A stretch of DNA of 63,555 nucleotides, the filler included, from Lenisia limosa (Eukaryota > Protista > Breviatea): assembly GCA_001655205.1 (NCBI GenBank). It is 9 parts of 9 records of this genome, joined end to end, with 100 filler letters (N's around TTAATTAATTAA, not from the genome) between each part and the next. Parts side by side here need not be neighbours in the genome. Positions count along the whole stretch, not along the records: positions 37,467 to 42,228 come from LPNZ01001142.1; positions 42,329 to 48,704 come from LPNZ01005666.1; positions 48,805 to 52,095 come from LPNZ01002788.1; 6 more parts are not named here. One strand, 5' to 3'. The translations under genes were made by a program, and so were the position numbers. Below the pieces are notes generated by a model. It saw nothing but the letters and a program-made list of their open reading frames with translations. It made no database searches and was not told the origin of the DNA. Below are positions 38,150-52,195 of the stretch, one piece after another. How positions within the stretch are numbered: position 1 is the stretch's first letter; the number at the start of each line of letters is the position of its first letter.

Positions 38150-39400
38150 TCAGTTTTGGTTCAATAATGAGCAGAGATGGACATTGTTAAGAGAAATGGT
38201 TGGGCATTCTGACTCCATTTATTCACTCACTTGGAGATTAAACCTTGGCAAGTTTTTGTTTTTTCTTACTTGTGGATTTCAATATGTTGCATCAAGCTCA
38301 AAAGACTCATCTGTGTGTTTTTGGAAAATTATTGAAGTAAGATTTTGCTTTAATTTTGGAAGATGATGAGCTATCAGTGGTTAAGTGTACGTCTATAGCA
38401 ACCAATTCGCCAGTATTTATTGGTTTTCTTATTCGATATGGGATTGTCGTTTTAATGAAATTGGCAATTCCGTTTCTGCTGTTTCAGAGAATGGTGTTGC
38501 AGTTTTTTATATTTTTGTTTTACGTTTAGATATTCTATATGTTATCATCACCTGACCACTGGACTCAAGTAAATTGCCAAGAGTTAACAAATTCTATTCA
38601 ATAGGCTCTTGTATTTGTTTTTTGTTTTTATAACATCTTTTCGTCAGTTGTTTGTTGATATAATCTCCACCCATAAGCAGCAGTTTTATCCTTTTGGAGA
38701 AAAACTGAATTCTTGAAAACTACTGGGAAAACGGACAGCATATTACATACATATCTTTGCTCATCATAGAGTTGCTGAGAAATCTAAAGTGAACTGAACA
38801 AAAGAGCAAGAGTATTTTGATAAAACAACTGATCATCACCAAAATACAACCAAGCCTATGTCTTTCAGAGTAAATATGCTCTTATATTGAATTGAGAAAT
38901 ACTCAGAAGCTGGACCATCTGACCAAGACGAGGAAAGAGTTTTTTGAAATGTTAGAATATAAACTGTTTCGAAACAAACCGTCATACGCTTTTCTGAATG
39001 GGAAAGAAATATATAGTTTGGAAAAGGGTGTGATCGATCAAAGATAAGATACGCACTGTCTATTCAAAACTGGAATAGTAATCTAAACTCGTTTTGGTGC
39101 CTTCTTTCAGAAAGCTACAGTTTATTTGACTCTCTGTTTATTGGGACAGAGTAACTATCAGGTGTTTTTGTTCCGACACCGTAAAGACCCACCTCAACGC
39201 CTTCCTCGCTCACCTCCAGCTGACTGGCCATTACACCCGCTTGACCATGCATTGCTTTCGGTGAGCTTTTCAAAGCCTTTTAATTTTCCTTTTTGTTGTT
39301 GGTGACATTTGTTACCTTTCTCTTCATTTGTACTAATACTGCTTCAGTGTCTGCGCATTATCCATGCCGCCTCCCTATCAGTCGTCCCGCCGATCCCCCN
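38150..39400 (+). CDS. WD40-repeat-containing protein (partial)
   Basis: WTLLREMVGHSDSIYSLTW and YVASSSKDSSVCFWKI form a WD40 repeat. Further exons such as NTQKLDHLTKTRKEFFEML follow. Confidence 0.65.
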
Positions 39401-39679
39401 NNNNNNNNNNNNNNNNNNNNNNNNNNNNNNNNNNNNNNNNNNNNNNNNNNNNNNNNNNNNNNNNNNNNNNNNNNNNNNNNNNNNNNNNNNNNNNNNNNNN
39501 NNNNNNNNNNNNNNNNNNNNNNNNNNNNNNNNNNNNNNNNNNNNNNNNNNNNNNNNNNNNNNNNNNNNNNNNNNNNNNNNNNNNNNNNCTGACTGGTTAC
39601 CAAATATTAGTGTAAATCACAAACAAGATTAAATTATCATGTTATTTAATGAAAGAATCTCATTGTTGTGATGCCCTAG

Positions 39680-41098
39680 CTCTATCAACCGAGTACGCTC
39701 CGTCCCATCCACTACTTCAAGATCGCCGTATGCTCGCGCAGCCAACAATATTCACCAGTTCCCCCCCATGCCACTCTCTTTCGCAACTCACACCAAAACA
39801 CCCCTACACCACCCCAACAGAAATCCCGGAACCTGTTCAGAGAACCTTGTTTGTCAGCATCATCACCACTATACAAGCCCCCCCCCCCTCTAAGCCCAAG
39901 TCAGCAANNNNNNNNNNNNNNNNNNNNNNNNNNNNNNNNNNNNNNNNNNNNNNNNNNNNNNNNNNNNNNNNNNNNNNNNNNNNNNNNNNNNNNNNNNNNN
40001 NNTCCGAACGACAACCTCCATTGCTGAACGCAGTTTGTCCCATCGCATCATGAAGCCGGCAATGGTGACCGAATCGGCACAAATCGGCATGTGCACTTTT
40101 GATCCGAACGCTCGTGTATGATATATAAGCTTGGAGATTTCGAATGCCAAAACATGGAAATTTTTATTGGCTATTATTACGGAGTTCTGTAGGCGCGCAA
40201 GTAAATTAGGTCTAAAGAAGACAGTGAAGGTGAGTAGCTCAATAAATGGAGCATAGTTCTTCAGTTTTGCATACTTTCTAGAGACTGAGGTATTTTAAGA
40301 TGTTTATTGTGAATTATTACATTTTCATTTACACATACTGATAAAAGCAAACAGCGTTATATAGTGTCATAGAGTGAGAGAGAAGAGAAGAACAGAGACT
40401 ACGTAGTTCTTGTTGGTGAACACCTTTTTTGTGGATAAATAATACTACTGCCCCATTACTCGGCATTTTGAGCCAACTCTTTTCCAAAATACTGTGACTT
40501 TCGGAACCCAGGGTAAGCTCTTCAACAGTATTGATTATTGAGGGCATAATATCCGTTGAATAACCTTATATTAACTGTGAAACTATTCTCAATGAGCTAA
40601 TAGGCGTAATGGTATCTTTCTGTGTGGCACTAAAATCTCTTGGAACGTCCCCTGTATTCGCTTTTCGTTCCCCTACTGGTCCTGATATACCTCAATTATG
40701 ATTCACGATGAACTACAGGTTACCTTTCGTATATCGATTCTCTTGTCCCTTGTTTTACTTGATCTACACATACATGCCTCCATCTTTCAGCTCCCCCCTC
40801 ACCATTTTGCCCAAATGTTATCAATATTAATTGTCTTCACTAGGATGCTCTACCCTTTGTTCTCGACCGCCGTTTGGTTCTTTCGAACGGGTCGTCAGTA
40901 AACTGCAATCTTGTAGCAAGCGCATCCGACGCTTGACAAAGCTGTCCCCCTCAAGCAGCACAAAAAGAGTTACACCCCCCATCCCTGCATAAAACGGTCA
41001 TCCCCCCCACCACCACCATCAAGACCTACAAACGCAATAGCAAAACAGTTCTTACCTGTGACACCGACGTTGTAGCCTATTGCTGGATTCAGCACAAT
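39680..41098 (-). CDS. Uncharacterised multi-exon gene
   Basis: ATG exon MPTIVLNPAIGYNVGVT|gtaag and internal exons such as ISKLIYHTRAFGSKVHMPICADSVTIAGFMMRWDKLRSAMEVVVR. No family recognised. Confidence 0.4.
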
Positions 41099-42384
41099 TG
41101 TCGGCATAATATCTAAATTGGGAATGAAGTGGTAAAATATCTAGGATTAGGCGGTATAATATCTAATTCAGGACGAAGAGATAAAACACGTTTTCGGAAA
41201 AAAGCGGGAGTCCAATTAATTTTTGTAGTCCTAGTTTATACGATTTAGGGCCTGGGGTGGACAGTTTTAGGGAATAATTTTCATCTTTTTCTTTCTAAAT
41301 CACTGCTAAGCTTGGGTAGAAGAAGGAAAAGTGATAATTAAGGGTAGGAATAGAGAGGGGAGTAGTATAAAGTGAACTAGTTTTGAAGCCTCAGTGAAAA
41401 TCTGGATCAAAGTGTCCTGACGTGGTGACAAGCCTCTTGATTAATAAGAATTCTCAGACAATCTTACAGAAACAGAAAGCTAAAGATGCACTACGATCAT
41501 CCTAAGGATCACTAAGTGTTTTTCTCCTGAAGTCTATCGCCGGGGCTTTTTGAACTTAAAATGCTAATGGGATAAATAAATGAAACTTGGATCACAATAT
41601 GAGCCCAACAGTTGGATGGATCTTCTCTCTCTTTCTCTCTGCTTCTCTTCTCATGTTTAATAACAGATGACATATAACACTACTTAGATGGGGTTTGAGG
41701 ATAATTTCCTTAAAATTACCAGTAATTGGACTCCAGCTTTAAAGCGGGCCAACAGCAGCTATTTTGCGCTTTTTTTAGTGGTCAAATGAACACCAGATGG
41801 ACTTTTTGAACTAGAAGTCGGAGTGGGAAACTTTTTTAAATAATGCTTCTCTTTTTTCTGATCACCCTTCTTTTTTGCTCCCTGTTCTCTCATTTTAGAG
41901 TTGTCGTCAAACGTCTAACCGGTATCTAAATACCTCTTACAACCTGTATTAAGCTTTTAGCATCATAAGCAAACCGAAAGATGCAGTATTTGGAAAATCA
42001 TTCTTTCCTGTTACAGCTCCTTCCTTTCAACACATTTTTTAAGAAAATCTTAAACCTCCACTCTTGAGGCTTTTGGTCCCCACCTCCTCGGTTTTTTCCA
42101 TTGTGGTCATTTCTCTGGCTGAAAGGAAGGCTGGCGTGATCGCAAAGACAAAATAAATCAAATATGGAGCGACAACGTAGTCCTGACTTTTTTCAACCTA
42201 TGTCAGCCAGAGTGCTCTTTGGAAGTCTNNNNNNNNNNNNNNNNNNNNNNNNNNNNNNNNNNNNNNNNNNNNTTAATTAATTAANNNNNNNNNNNNNNNN
42301 NNNNNNNNNNNNNNNNNNNNNNNNNNNNCTTTGTTGTTTATCCAGTTTCCGCATATTCGCATCCTTGACCGCCACTCACTCCAT

Positions 42385-45300
42385 CAGTGCCAATGTGACG
42401 GCCTGTACACCCACGATGACTGCTCATGTCTGCCGGATGCCGTTTGCGACCCGGCCTGTGTCCATGGTGGGGTATTAACACAGCACTACTTTTGTTTTGT
42501 TTTTCTCAATCGTACAGTTCCGTTATTCCCAGAATTGATTTTTGCTCTCTCTTTACCTTTTTTTTTTTGATATAGCTATTTTTTATTCATACAATTTTCT
42601 ATTTTTACAGTGATGGGATGCGGTGCTATAGAAGCGACTGGTCTGGGCTTTGTTTGTTTTGTTGCTATCAACCCTCGTGTGTTGTCAGCCGACAGAGTTG
42701 ATTCGGGCTTTTTTTGTTTCATAAATTTTCCTATTTCACCCCCCCCCCCCCNNNNNNNNNNNNNNNNNNNNNNNNNNNNNNNNNNNNNNNNNNNNNNNNN
42801 NNNNNNNNNNNNNNNNNNNNNNNNNNNNNNNNNNNNNNNNNNNNNNNNNNNNNNNNGAGGCGGACTGCGGCTGCTCCATCCTACCTTGTGCTGAGGCCTG
42901 CTTCGAGCATGGTGGGGGTGATGATTCGGGGTTCCCTACGTTCCCCAAAAAGACTTAACAATTTCTCGATAAATCCTTGAAAAATATCGATATTTGACCG
43001 GTCTTTTCCCGGACTTTAGGGAAGATGGGTGACTTTGTTTTGGTTAAGGTGGGGGTGCGAAGGGCCCTAAAGTGACTGGGAGAGGGTCTGATCGCTTACC
43101 ATTGAGAGTAGTACAAAAGAGGGTCCCAGTTAAGGCGTATCATGTAGTACATGCAAAAAAACAGCCAATAGAAAAGAGCTTTCATTAACGAAGGAAGCGG
43201 GCCACGAAATATAATTGTAATGGTAGTATTTTCAAGTTGTATTTCCCCGAATCCCAGACAAAATAGAGTTTATTTGGGGTCTTTTGTTTCATAAATTATC
43301 CCTTTTCACACCCCAGGAACTTGCGACTGTGGCCAATGCGTCTGCGATAACCCCCTGCAGTGGGATGGTGATAATTGCGAGTGTAACAAGAGCATTCCCG
43401 TCATGGACTGCGGACTTCACGGCGTTTGGAGCTGCGATGTGAGCAAGGAACTGTAATTTCCCTCTTTCTGTTCTTTCTTCTTTCTCTTCTTTCTTCTTTC
43501 TTCTTTCTTCTTTTCTTCTTTTTCTTCCTCTTGCTCTTTCTCAGTACTAAAAATAGACAATTGCCTGATTACACCCCCCGCATCTCATACCCTAGAAATG
43601 CCTCTGCAAAGACGGCTTCACCGGTGACAACTGCACCTGCTCGCCCCTGCCATGCCCCAACGACTGTTCCGGCAACGGCGTTTGCGAATGCGGCGAGTGC
43701 AAGTGCCCAGTTTGGGGTGTTGCCTAATGAATCGTTATCAGGCCAACTTTTTTTGAGCAAGAGAAATAACATATCATATAGAATCTAGGGATACAAAAGA
43801 ATGCTTCGAATAGGAATACTAAAGGGATGTAATTCGCATGGCTAATATTGTTGTTACATGCCTTTTGGTGAATTTTATGTTATAATTGCCTCTTCTTACC
43901 ATCTGGTTTGTCTAGTTTTAGCTTTGGTTGCGCATGTCTGTCATTGCTCCTTTTTTTGTTTGTTGTTTTTGTTTGGAGTTTCAGATTATTCGGTTCGTGA
44001 TTANNNNNNNNNNNNNNNNNNNNNNNNNNNNNNNNNNNNNNNNNNNNNNNNNNNNNNNNNNNNNNNNNNNNNNNNNNNNNNNNNNNNNNNNNNNNNNNNN
44101 NNNNNNNNNNNNNNNNNNNNNNNNNNNNNNNNNNNNNNNNNNNNNNNNNNNAGAGAGAGGCTTTGTTTTTACTCAGCTGGTGCAACTCCCACTGCCATTT
44201 TTTTTTGTCAAGGAATATAATCACCCACTCTTTAAATCTGCCTATTTGACACGTGTAGTGTGTCTGCGAGACGGGATGGTCAGATCCGCTCAACGCCTGC
44301 AACTGCTCCACTGCATTGTGCCCTGGTAACTGCAACGGTCATGGCTCTTGTGAAGTAAGCGCTCCATCTGGCTTGTTTAGCTCTGTTTAGCTCTGTTAGG
44401 CTTCGTTAATCTCTGTTAACCTCTGAAAAAGCCTCATTCTTTAGTGTGGTGTGTGCACGTGCGACACAGGCTTCTCCAAGCTGGACTGTTCTTGCGAGAA
44501 CTCAAAGGCCTGTGCTGCAGGCTGTGAGAACCACGGCTCAGTGGGGGGGGGGGGGNNNNNNNNNNNNNNNNNNNNNNNNNNNNNNNNNNNNNNNNNNNNN
44601 NNNNNNNNNNNNNNNNNNNNNNNNNNNNNNNNNNNNNNNNNNNNNNNNNNNNNNNNNNNNNNNNNNNNNNNNNNNNNNNNNNNNNNNNNNNNNNNNNNNN
44701 NNNNNNNNNNNNNNNNNNNNNNNNNNNNNNNNNNNNNNNNNNNNNNNNNNNNNNNNNNNNNNNNNNNNNNNNNNNNNNNNNNNNNNNNNNNNNNNNNNNN
44801 NNNNNNNNNNNNNNNNNNNNNNNNNNGAGTGTAACCCAGGATGGGTGCACACGTCTGCTGAACAAAAGGACTGTGGATGCTCGGCCCTTCCCTGCCCCAA
44901 CTCCTGTTCGGGTCATGGTTGGATGGATTCTTCTATGACCGTTAGGGCTTTCCTACGGTCCCAAAAAAAAAGACTGAATATCTTGATAAATCCTTGATAA
45001 ACATCGATTTTTATACTGAACGTAGGGAAGCCCTAATGACCATATAATCATGCTTTAGTGTATTTGCTTTCACCTGATAGTTTATGGTTCTGGTGGTTTC
45101 AGCTTGATATATTTGTTAAACAAATTCCTCCACTACTTTTGTTTCCCCAAATTTTTCTATCATTGTTTAATTATTCTTATTCTGTAGGTACATGCTCCTG
45201 CGGAACATGCAGCTGTGAAGACCCGTTTTCAGGAGATGATTGCTCCTGTGACCAGTCGAAAACCTGTTCCCCTGACTGCAACGGCGACTGTGAATGCGGC

Positions 45301-48300
45301 GTCTGCGTCTGTCTCCCCGGATGGACGGGGGATAATTGCGACTGGTGTGCACGGAACTCTTATCAAATGACAAAATAGTTTCGACAACATCGTCTCTTAC
45401 ATATGACATACCATAGTGTGCAGAGTTGTAAGGCAAATGATTTAATATTATGCTATAATCCAATATCTCTTATAAGCGTGATAGTGTGGACAGCTTCGGC
45501 CAGATACAACCTTGTTTTCTATTTCTCATTCTGACTATTCAGCTTCGACCAGCCTTGCCCCTCCAACTCCTCGGAAGTTTGCTCAGGGAACGGCAACTGC
45601 GTGTGCGGCGGATTCTGCAACTGGTGGGTAAATGTGCAAATGCTGGTTAGTTGTATTTATGGAAATGCTGGTAGCCCCGAATGGGATACTGTTGCAGAAG
45701 CCACTGGCCTGGGCTTTGNNNNNNNNNNNNNNNNNNNNNNNNNNNNNNNNNNNNNNNNNNNNNNNNNNNNNNNNNNNNNNNNNNNNNNNNNNNNNNNNNN
45801 NNNNNNNNNNNNNNNNNNNNNNNNNNNNNNNNNNNNNNNNNNNNNNNNNNNNNNNNNNNNNNNNNNNNNNNNNNNNNNNNNNNNNNNNNNNNNNNNNNNN
45901 NNNNNNNNACAGTGTCTGCGAAAATGACTGTTTCGGACGCGGATCATGCCAAGTGGGGAGGGGAGGTTCAAAAACAAGCAAAAAATCCATCCCAATTATA
46001 AAAAGAAAATACTTACACCGTATCTTAACATCAACCATATTGCATCCTTACACCGTATCTTAACATCAACCATGCATCCTAGATATGGACATTATTGCCA
46101 TTCACGAGTTCAGTGCGGCATATGTAGCTGCGATGCCGGATACGAACCTCCCTTCTGCGAGTGTCCCCAATCCATCCTTACATGTAAGCCACTCTACCCT
46201 CTCTTGTAAATCAAACCATCCTTAAATGTAATTTCTTATCCGTCCCTACTTCTATACCACTCTCTCCCCCTTCCTTTTGCCTCTCGCTTCACTGAAACCA
46301 TATCATATCAACATTGATATACTGCATCATATGATTTGTAAACTGAATCTTCTCAATTGTATGTCTTCTACGCTTCATGCTTTTTTTCACCTGGCTAAAG
46401 TATGCCGTTGTATGGCCTTACCCTTTTCCCTTTCCCCCAAATTCACAATGCTTACACCCATCATTCCCCACAGTGTTTTAACGTGGCATTTACTTACTCT
46501 TATTCAGGCCAAAACGGAGGAACTTGGGACTGTGACCATTGCGCTTGTCTCAGCGGCTTCACACTAGTGAGGGAAGACGTTTTGTTTGAGCTGGGGTATT
46601 TTCTATAATATTGAGAATTACTTAAATATCACAATATTTTGTCTAGGTGGTGATACAAAATGGCTGATGGGGGTAAAATAAAGATGTATCATAGTTGGGG
46701 CTTCACTTCGGTTCGAAAAAAGACTGAATTTCTCGATCAATCCTTAAAAACTATTGATATTTTCCCGAACCGAAGTGAAGCCTTAATCATAGCCCCCCTC
46801 TGTCCATTACAACAAATAGAGCAGAAAAAGTTTAAACCGGAAATGGTATAACCACAAGATGCAATTCAACATTCTACCTTCCTTTTTGCGAGCTAGAATG
46901 ATATTGCAACATTAAATCAATCTAGGGAAATGAATACATATAGATCCCTTAAACTTCCCTTCACTCTCCAGGATGACTGCAGCTGCAACACCAACGCTGT
47001 ATGCCCTTCTGCTAACAGTGAAGACTGTTCGGGTGCCGGAATCTGCGAATGTGGAAACGTGGGCTGGGTTCAAACTTCTTCTTATTAATATTTTATTATT
47101 ACCTCACCCCACACACACACACATTGTGTCTGTGAATCAATAAGGTACATATCCACCTCTCAGAGATGTTTTGATATGAAGCTATCCTTAACTAGTATCT
47201 TAAGCCCTCAATTCGGGCTTTTTTTTGTTTCATAAATATTCCAATTTTACTCCCCCCCCCCCTCCCCAGTGTGTCTGTGAGCCAGGCTACGAGAACCGTC
47301 CCGGTCAAACCCCAGAGACCGGCGACTGCTCATGTCCCATTGACGCATGCCCCACGGCCGTGACAGGAGTGGGGGGGGGGTGCTTTTTGTTTTTGTTGTG
47401 TTTTATTATTATTACATTAAGAGGTGGTTTTTCTCTTCAACCGTTTGAATACAGGAGCATTACCCTCGCCATAAACTTACCCCATAGAGTGTCTGTAGCG
47501 GTCACGGCACCTGTGAATGTGGCGTATGTACGTGTGAGCCCAATTACAGCGCACTCGATCCCTCAGGTTTGGTCCTACTCATCCCTCCTTTTACCAAGTT
47601 CATTTTGGGCTTTTTGCTCATGTTTTTCACAATATTATCAGGTGGATGTTTTTATTGGGTGAATCAAACGCCAGTATTTTGCATAATCTTCATGGTTTTA
47701 AAGTACTATCATCCAATATCTCTGAAATACGATGGTGTGACGGCTTCAGCCGAAATTCCCTTCGTTTTCCATTTCTCATATTCGCTTATATATCCTTTGG
47801 TACCACACAGCGTCTTTCCGTGTACTATGTTGATATTTGCCCTACTCATTGCCAAGGCGAAAACGACTGTGGGTGTAACAACATGCTGGATTGCGCGGAG
47901 TTTGACTATTGCAACAATGGTGAGTAGGGTGTTCCTTCACGGTCATGATGGATCTTTCAAGCATATCGGTATTAATAATAATTATTCTTCCCTGTTGTTT
48001 ATGTTTGAATGGAACTTATATATTATATTGGGGAGGGGTGGATTGTTGGGGTGCACACGTTTCAACATAACCTACAGAATTAGCTGAGCAGCAAGGTACC
48101 CCTACAAAGCTTTGTTTTTATTATCAATGCAGAATATCAAGGGTTGAGGCAATGTGTTTACTTCCTTTTATCTCAATAATTATCTTTTTCATTTCCGTAG
48201 GAACGCTCCAAGGAGAATGTCAGTGTGGCATCTGCGAGTGCTCGCCTCTCTTCAGTGGCCAGAGCTGCGACTGTCCCACAACACCCTGTCCATCTGACTG

Positions 48301-48655
48301 CAACAACCGCGGAGAATGCATTTGCGGACAATGCGAGTGTCTCTCAGGCTACGTATGTGGATTTGCTCTTGTTCTTCGGCTGGATTTGACAGCTTCGGCC
48401 AGATATGTACAACCTTGTTTTTATTTCTCATTTCTACATTTGCTTTTGCTTTTGACTGGAGGGCTCACTGTGATCCACTAACAGTGAGTTTACCATGTCC
48501 TAGTCATAGTCATAGTGTATGGTTTGATATGATGTATTGAGAGGTGGATATTTACGATATTAGGGCATGGACCCCGAAGAACCCTCTGGCCTGAATTCTT
48601 GTTCCTGCGATTTCAATGCTCCCTGTCCGGGCGATATTTTCAATGAAGAAACGTG
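42385..48655 (+). CDS. Long array of integrin-beta-stalk/tenascin-type EGF-like Cys-rich repeats (both ends missing)
   Basis: About 18 short exons, including GTCDCGQCVCDNPLQWDGDNCEC, CLCKDGFTGDNCTCSPLPCPNDCSGNGVCECGECKC, CVCETGWSDPLNACNC...CPGNCNGHGSCE, CSGHGTCECGVCTCEPNYSALD and GECQCGICECSPLFSGQSCDCPTTPCPSDCNNRGECICGQCEC. Confidence 0.9.
42612..42735 (+). repeat. Interspersed repeat family B, upstream part
   Basis: gatgggatgcggtgct...agaagcgactgg..ctgggctttgtttgttttgttg.tatcaaccctcgtgtgttgtcagcc. Copies at 59586-59700 (+), 45680-45717 (+), 35765-35843 (-), 56985-57065 (-), 60901-60948 (-) and 34426-34450 (-). Confidence 0.8.
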
Positions 48656-49925
48656 GGTGACTCGTTACAAGACCATTAGAGGTTTTTTTTTGTTGAGTAT
48701 TTTTNNNNNNNNNNNNNNNNNNNNNNNNNNNNNNNNNNNNNNNNNNNNTTAATTAATTAANNNNNNNNNNNNNNNNNNNNNNNNNNNNNNNNNNNNNNNN
48801 NNNNGGGGGGAAGAAGAAGAAGAAGCTGTGGGAGGGGAGTTGTGTGGGGTTGTGTGTAATTATATGTGGAGGGAACTATTGTCTACACTTGATTGTGATA
48901 GGAGAAACCCAGGCAGTTCTCTATCCTGACCCTCCAGCAAGAAGAAGCTTTCTACATCACCCTACCATAAGCCGTCTCGACCGTAGGCACCCGAGGATTG
49001 GGGAGGCTTCACTTCTGTTCGAAATAAATCGATTTTCTTGATAAATCCTCGAAAATTGTCGAAATTTTACTATTTCTCGAACCGAAGTGAAGCCCTTGAC
49101 ACAACATAATTAACAGGGCACAATCGGAGGGTCAGACAAACATAATCAATCATCATGTTCACAGGATGCAAATGAATACACTGGCGGTATGGCTATCTTC
49201 ACCCCCCCCCCCAGAACGAAGGGAGAGCCCGTCCCATTTTCCCTAACCCCAACCAACACTTTCCCTGTTTCCTCCTAGTATTATTTTAGTAGTTGCCCTT
49301 TTTGATATAATATCGTATTTGAGAGTTTCAAGAGGGTGAGCTTTGAGGGAGTTTTGAACTTTTTGAGATTTTGAGGGGTTTTTCACTCATCTGAGATTTA
49401 TCAGATACTACCAAAGAGGATTTATGATTGTTACCGTCTCACATGCATATCTTTGAGATGATATGCAAGCGCAACATTAGTGACATTAGCACATACACCC
49501 ATTGAGATATATCGATAGAAGTATAGTATTGTCCCTGTAGAGTGGAACCAAGCATGTGAAATCAGTGTTAAAGTTGTGTGAAAGTGTGAAATATTGGTGA
49601 AATATCATTGAAAATATAAATAATAAAACTAAAACTTAAAACTTGCTTAAATGACAATTGAATGATTGAATAACAAGGTATAATTCTGAATTCGGTGAAA
49701 ATTTAGTGAATACTTGGACCAGTGTTTTGAATAAGAAAAATTCGGATTGTGGAAATGACCTCTAGTCTTGTCTAAACGATTCAATTTATCGATTGGCATT
49801 TAAAAAATTTGCAATTGAAATTGATACAACAAGTTAAATCGTATTCACACGCAGAGTATTAAAAATGGAAAGTCCATAGGCACTACAGAGGGTCTCCCCC
49901 TCCTCCGAATCGTCAGAATGGTTCA

Positions 49926-51815
49926 ATGGAGCCTGATAACACTCTCAGGTATGATTGTAGCGCACATATCGCCTTATCTCTAGATGTTTATGGGGTTGCT
50001 GTGTGCTTCAGCATCGCCAATGTGATCGTTGCTGCGTCTGTTGTGACATATTCCGTGGTTCTTCTTGGCCGCGCCGCAGCGGTGACAAGGGTCTCGCACA
50101 GACCGCTTCGCATTGTTGCGGCAGTATTCATCATCATTTCGCTTGTGAGGAGCGGGAGGGCTTTTGCCTTCACTTGGCCGGTTGGGGTTGAAATGGTGGA
50201 ACCGAAAAAGTTTGACGACTCTGCTTCAACAGCAGGTGGTAAGGGAGGCTAATTGAACTGTTATTGGGGGATTTTCCTCGAATGGCCCATCCTGGCTAAA
50301 GTCACCTTAACATTGCTGTTTTCTGTTTTATTGTCTTATACTAGCTATTATCGTCAATTTTTTTTTTGTATCATCCCTAAAATTATCTTTTTATGTAATG
50401 TATGTGGTTGTTTTCTGTATTATTGTTCTTAATACGGTGCTAGCTTGATATTGATAGGGCTGGAGCATCTTCTCACATTTTGCTCATTTTGCTACTTTTG
50501 TCGGGGATCATTCAATTGGGTAAAGCATGGCTTCACTTCGGTTCGAAAAAAGACTGAATTTCTAGATAAATCCTCGAAAACTGTCGATATTTCAAAGGTC
50601 TTTTTCGAACCAAAGTGAAACCGTAGGTATAAGCCAGCTTGCATCTGGCTGTGAATTATGCTTCAATATGGTTGCCTTGGAACGGTGGTGGGAGACTCTT
50701 CAAAGGCTGATTTATCTTTGTTTTTGTTGCTCATGTTTTTGTTGTTTTTGTTTTTATTATTTTTGTTTGTTTCTTGATTTGTACCTTTTCACTATTCTTC
50801 ATCGAAATTCCCTTCTTTTTACTCCCTCCATCTGGCTTTGCTTACTGTGTTGTTTTTAGCTTTGAAATGCTTTGTCAACAGAGCTGATCCTTTTTTTATT
50901 ATGTCATAGTTTTTATTACCCCTAGTGTCTGGTCCCCATCTCCTCCGATCCGCTATGGGTGGCACTATTCCCGAAATCCGCAGAATCCCTTGCGTCAGAA
51001 CCGTTTGCGTGATCGTTGATCGTATTATTTTAGGAGACTCTAAGAAAAATGACTGCATATAATCCCATATCCCTTAGTGGATTACTTCGGCTAAATACAA
51101 CCTTGTTTTATTAATCATCTCTATATACTTTACAACACGGTTATATTTCCTTTCTTCCATAAAAACTAGTGGTTGGTCAAGCAATTATTGTTTAGTTCTT
51201 ATTATGTTTTATGATTATATTGTGATTGGTTGTGAATTTTGTCTTTTATTTCGTATTTCTGATTTACCTTGATGAGCTCATGTCTGTTTGTATCCTTGTT
51301 ATGAGCTTTGATTTTCGTTTTTATTTTGATTTCTTTGATAGCCTTTTTTGTCAGTAAATCGCATTGTTATTTGAAAATTATATATACGTACGTATTTCAT
51401 ATCAACAATCTGAGAAGCGTGATGGTTTGGAAGACTTTGACCAGATACTATCTACATAGTTATGATTATTTATCCTGTCTACACAAGCTGGGCAAACTCC
51501 ATGGCTTTGCCACCCTGGCGGTTCAGAGAGTTTCTACATTTATCATTAATTTATTCAAAAAACAATTGCAGGAGTACTAATAATATTTTTAAATAGAGAT
51601 AAGCTTGATGGTGTGGGAGGCTTCGGTCAGATCCTCCTTTGTTTTCTTTTTTTTCATCAGCATACATGTATAATTAATTCCAGGGGTGCAACGTATCTCG
51701 ATATGGGCCCTGCGATGTGTCAGACCTGGGCCCTGGGCTATGTGTCGGCCCCATTTGTTGTCCCCGTCCTGGCTCTCATAAACATCTATCGCGGCGGCTT
51801 GCTGTGGGGGAGAGG
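49926..51815 (+). CDS. Multi-pass membrane protein (possible 7TM receptor-like)
   Basis: Hydrophobic helices VYGVAVCFSIANVIVAASVVTYSVVLLG, PLRIVAAVFIIISLV, WPILAKVTLTLLFSVLL and WALGYVSAPFVVPVLALINIY, spread over several exons. Confidence 0.6.
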
Positions 51816-52195
51816 GGATATGACGATATGATGTATCTATACAGTGGGATCAGTATTGACCGATTTTCCTTGGGAATCTTACAGCAAATCAGTCAAGACT
51901 TATCCCGGCCATTGTCTTTTATACTGACCATGGCAAGTTTTGATACGGATATTGAGCTTTAAAATTAGATCGTGTCAGTAATTATTGCAGTCTGCGGTAA
52001 AATACAATCTAAAAGAAAAATTCTTGAGGACCCAAGTCCTGATATCGCGGTCACTGTATGTACATGCATGCATTTCATATGTATGTGCAACTACANNNNN
52101 NNNNNNNNNNNNNNNNNNNNNNNNNNNNNNNNNNNNNNNTTAATTAATTAANNNNNNNNNNNNNNNNNNNNNNNNNNNNNNNNNNNNNNNNNNNN

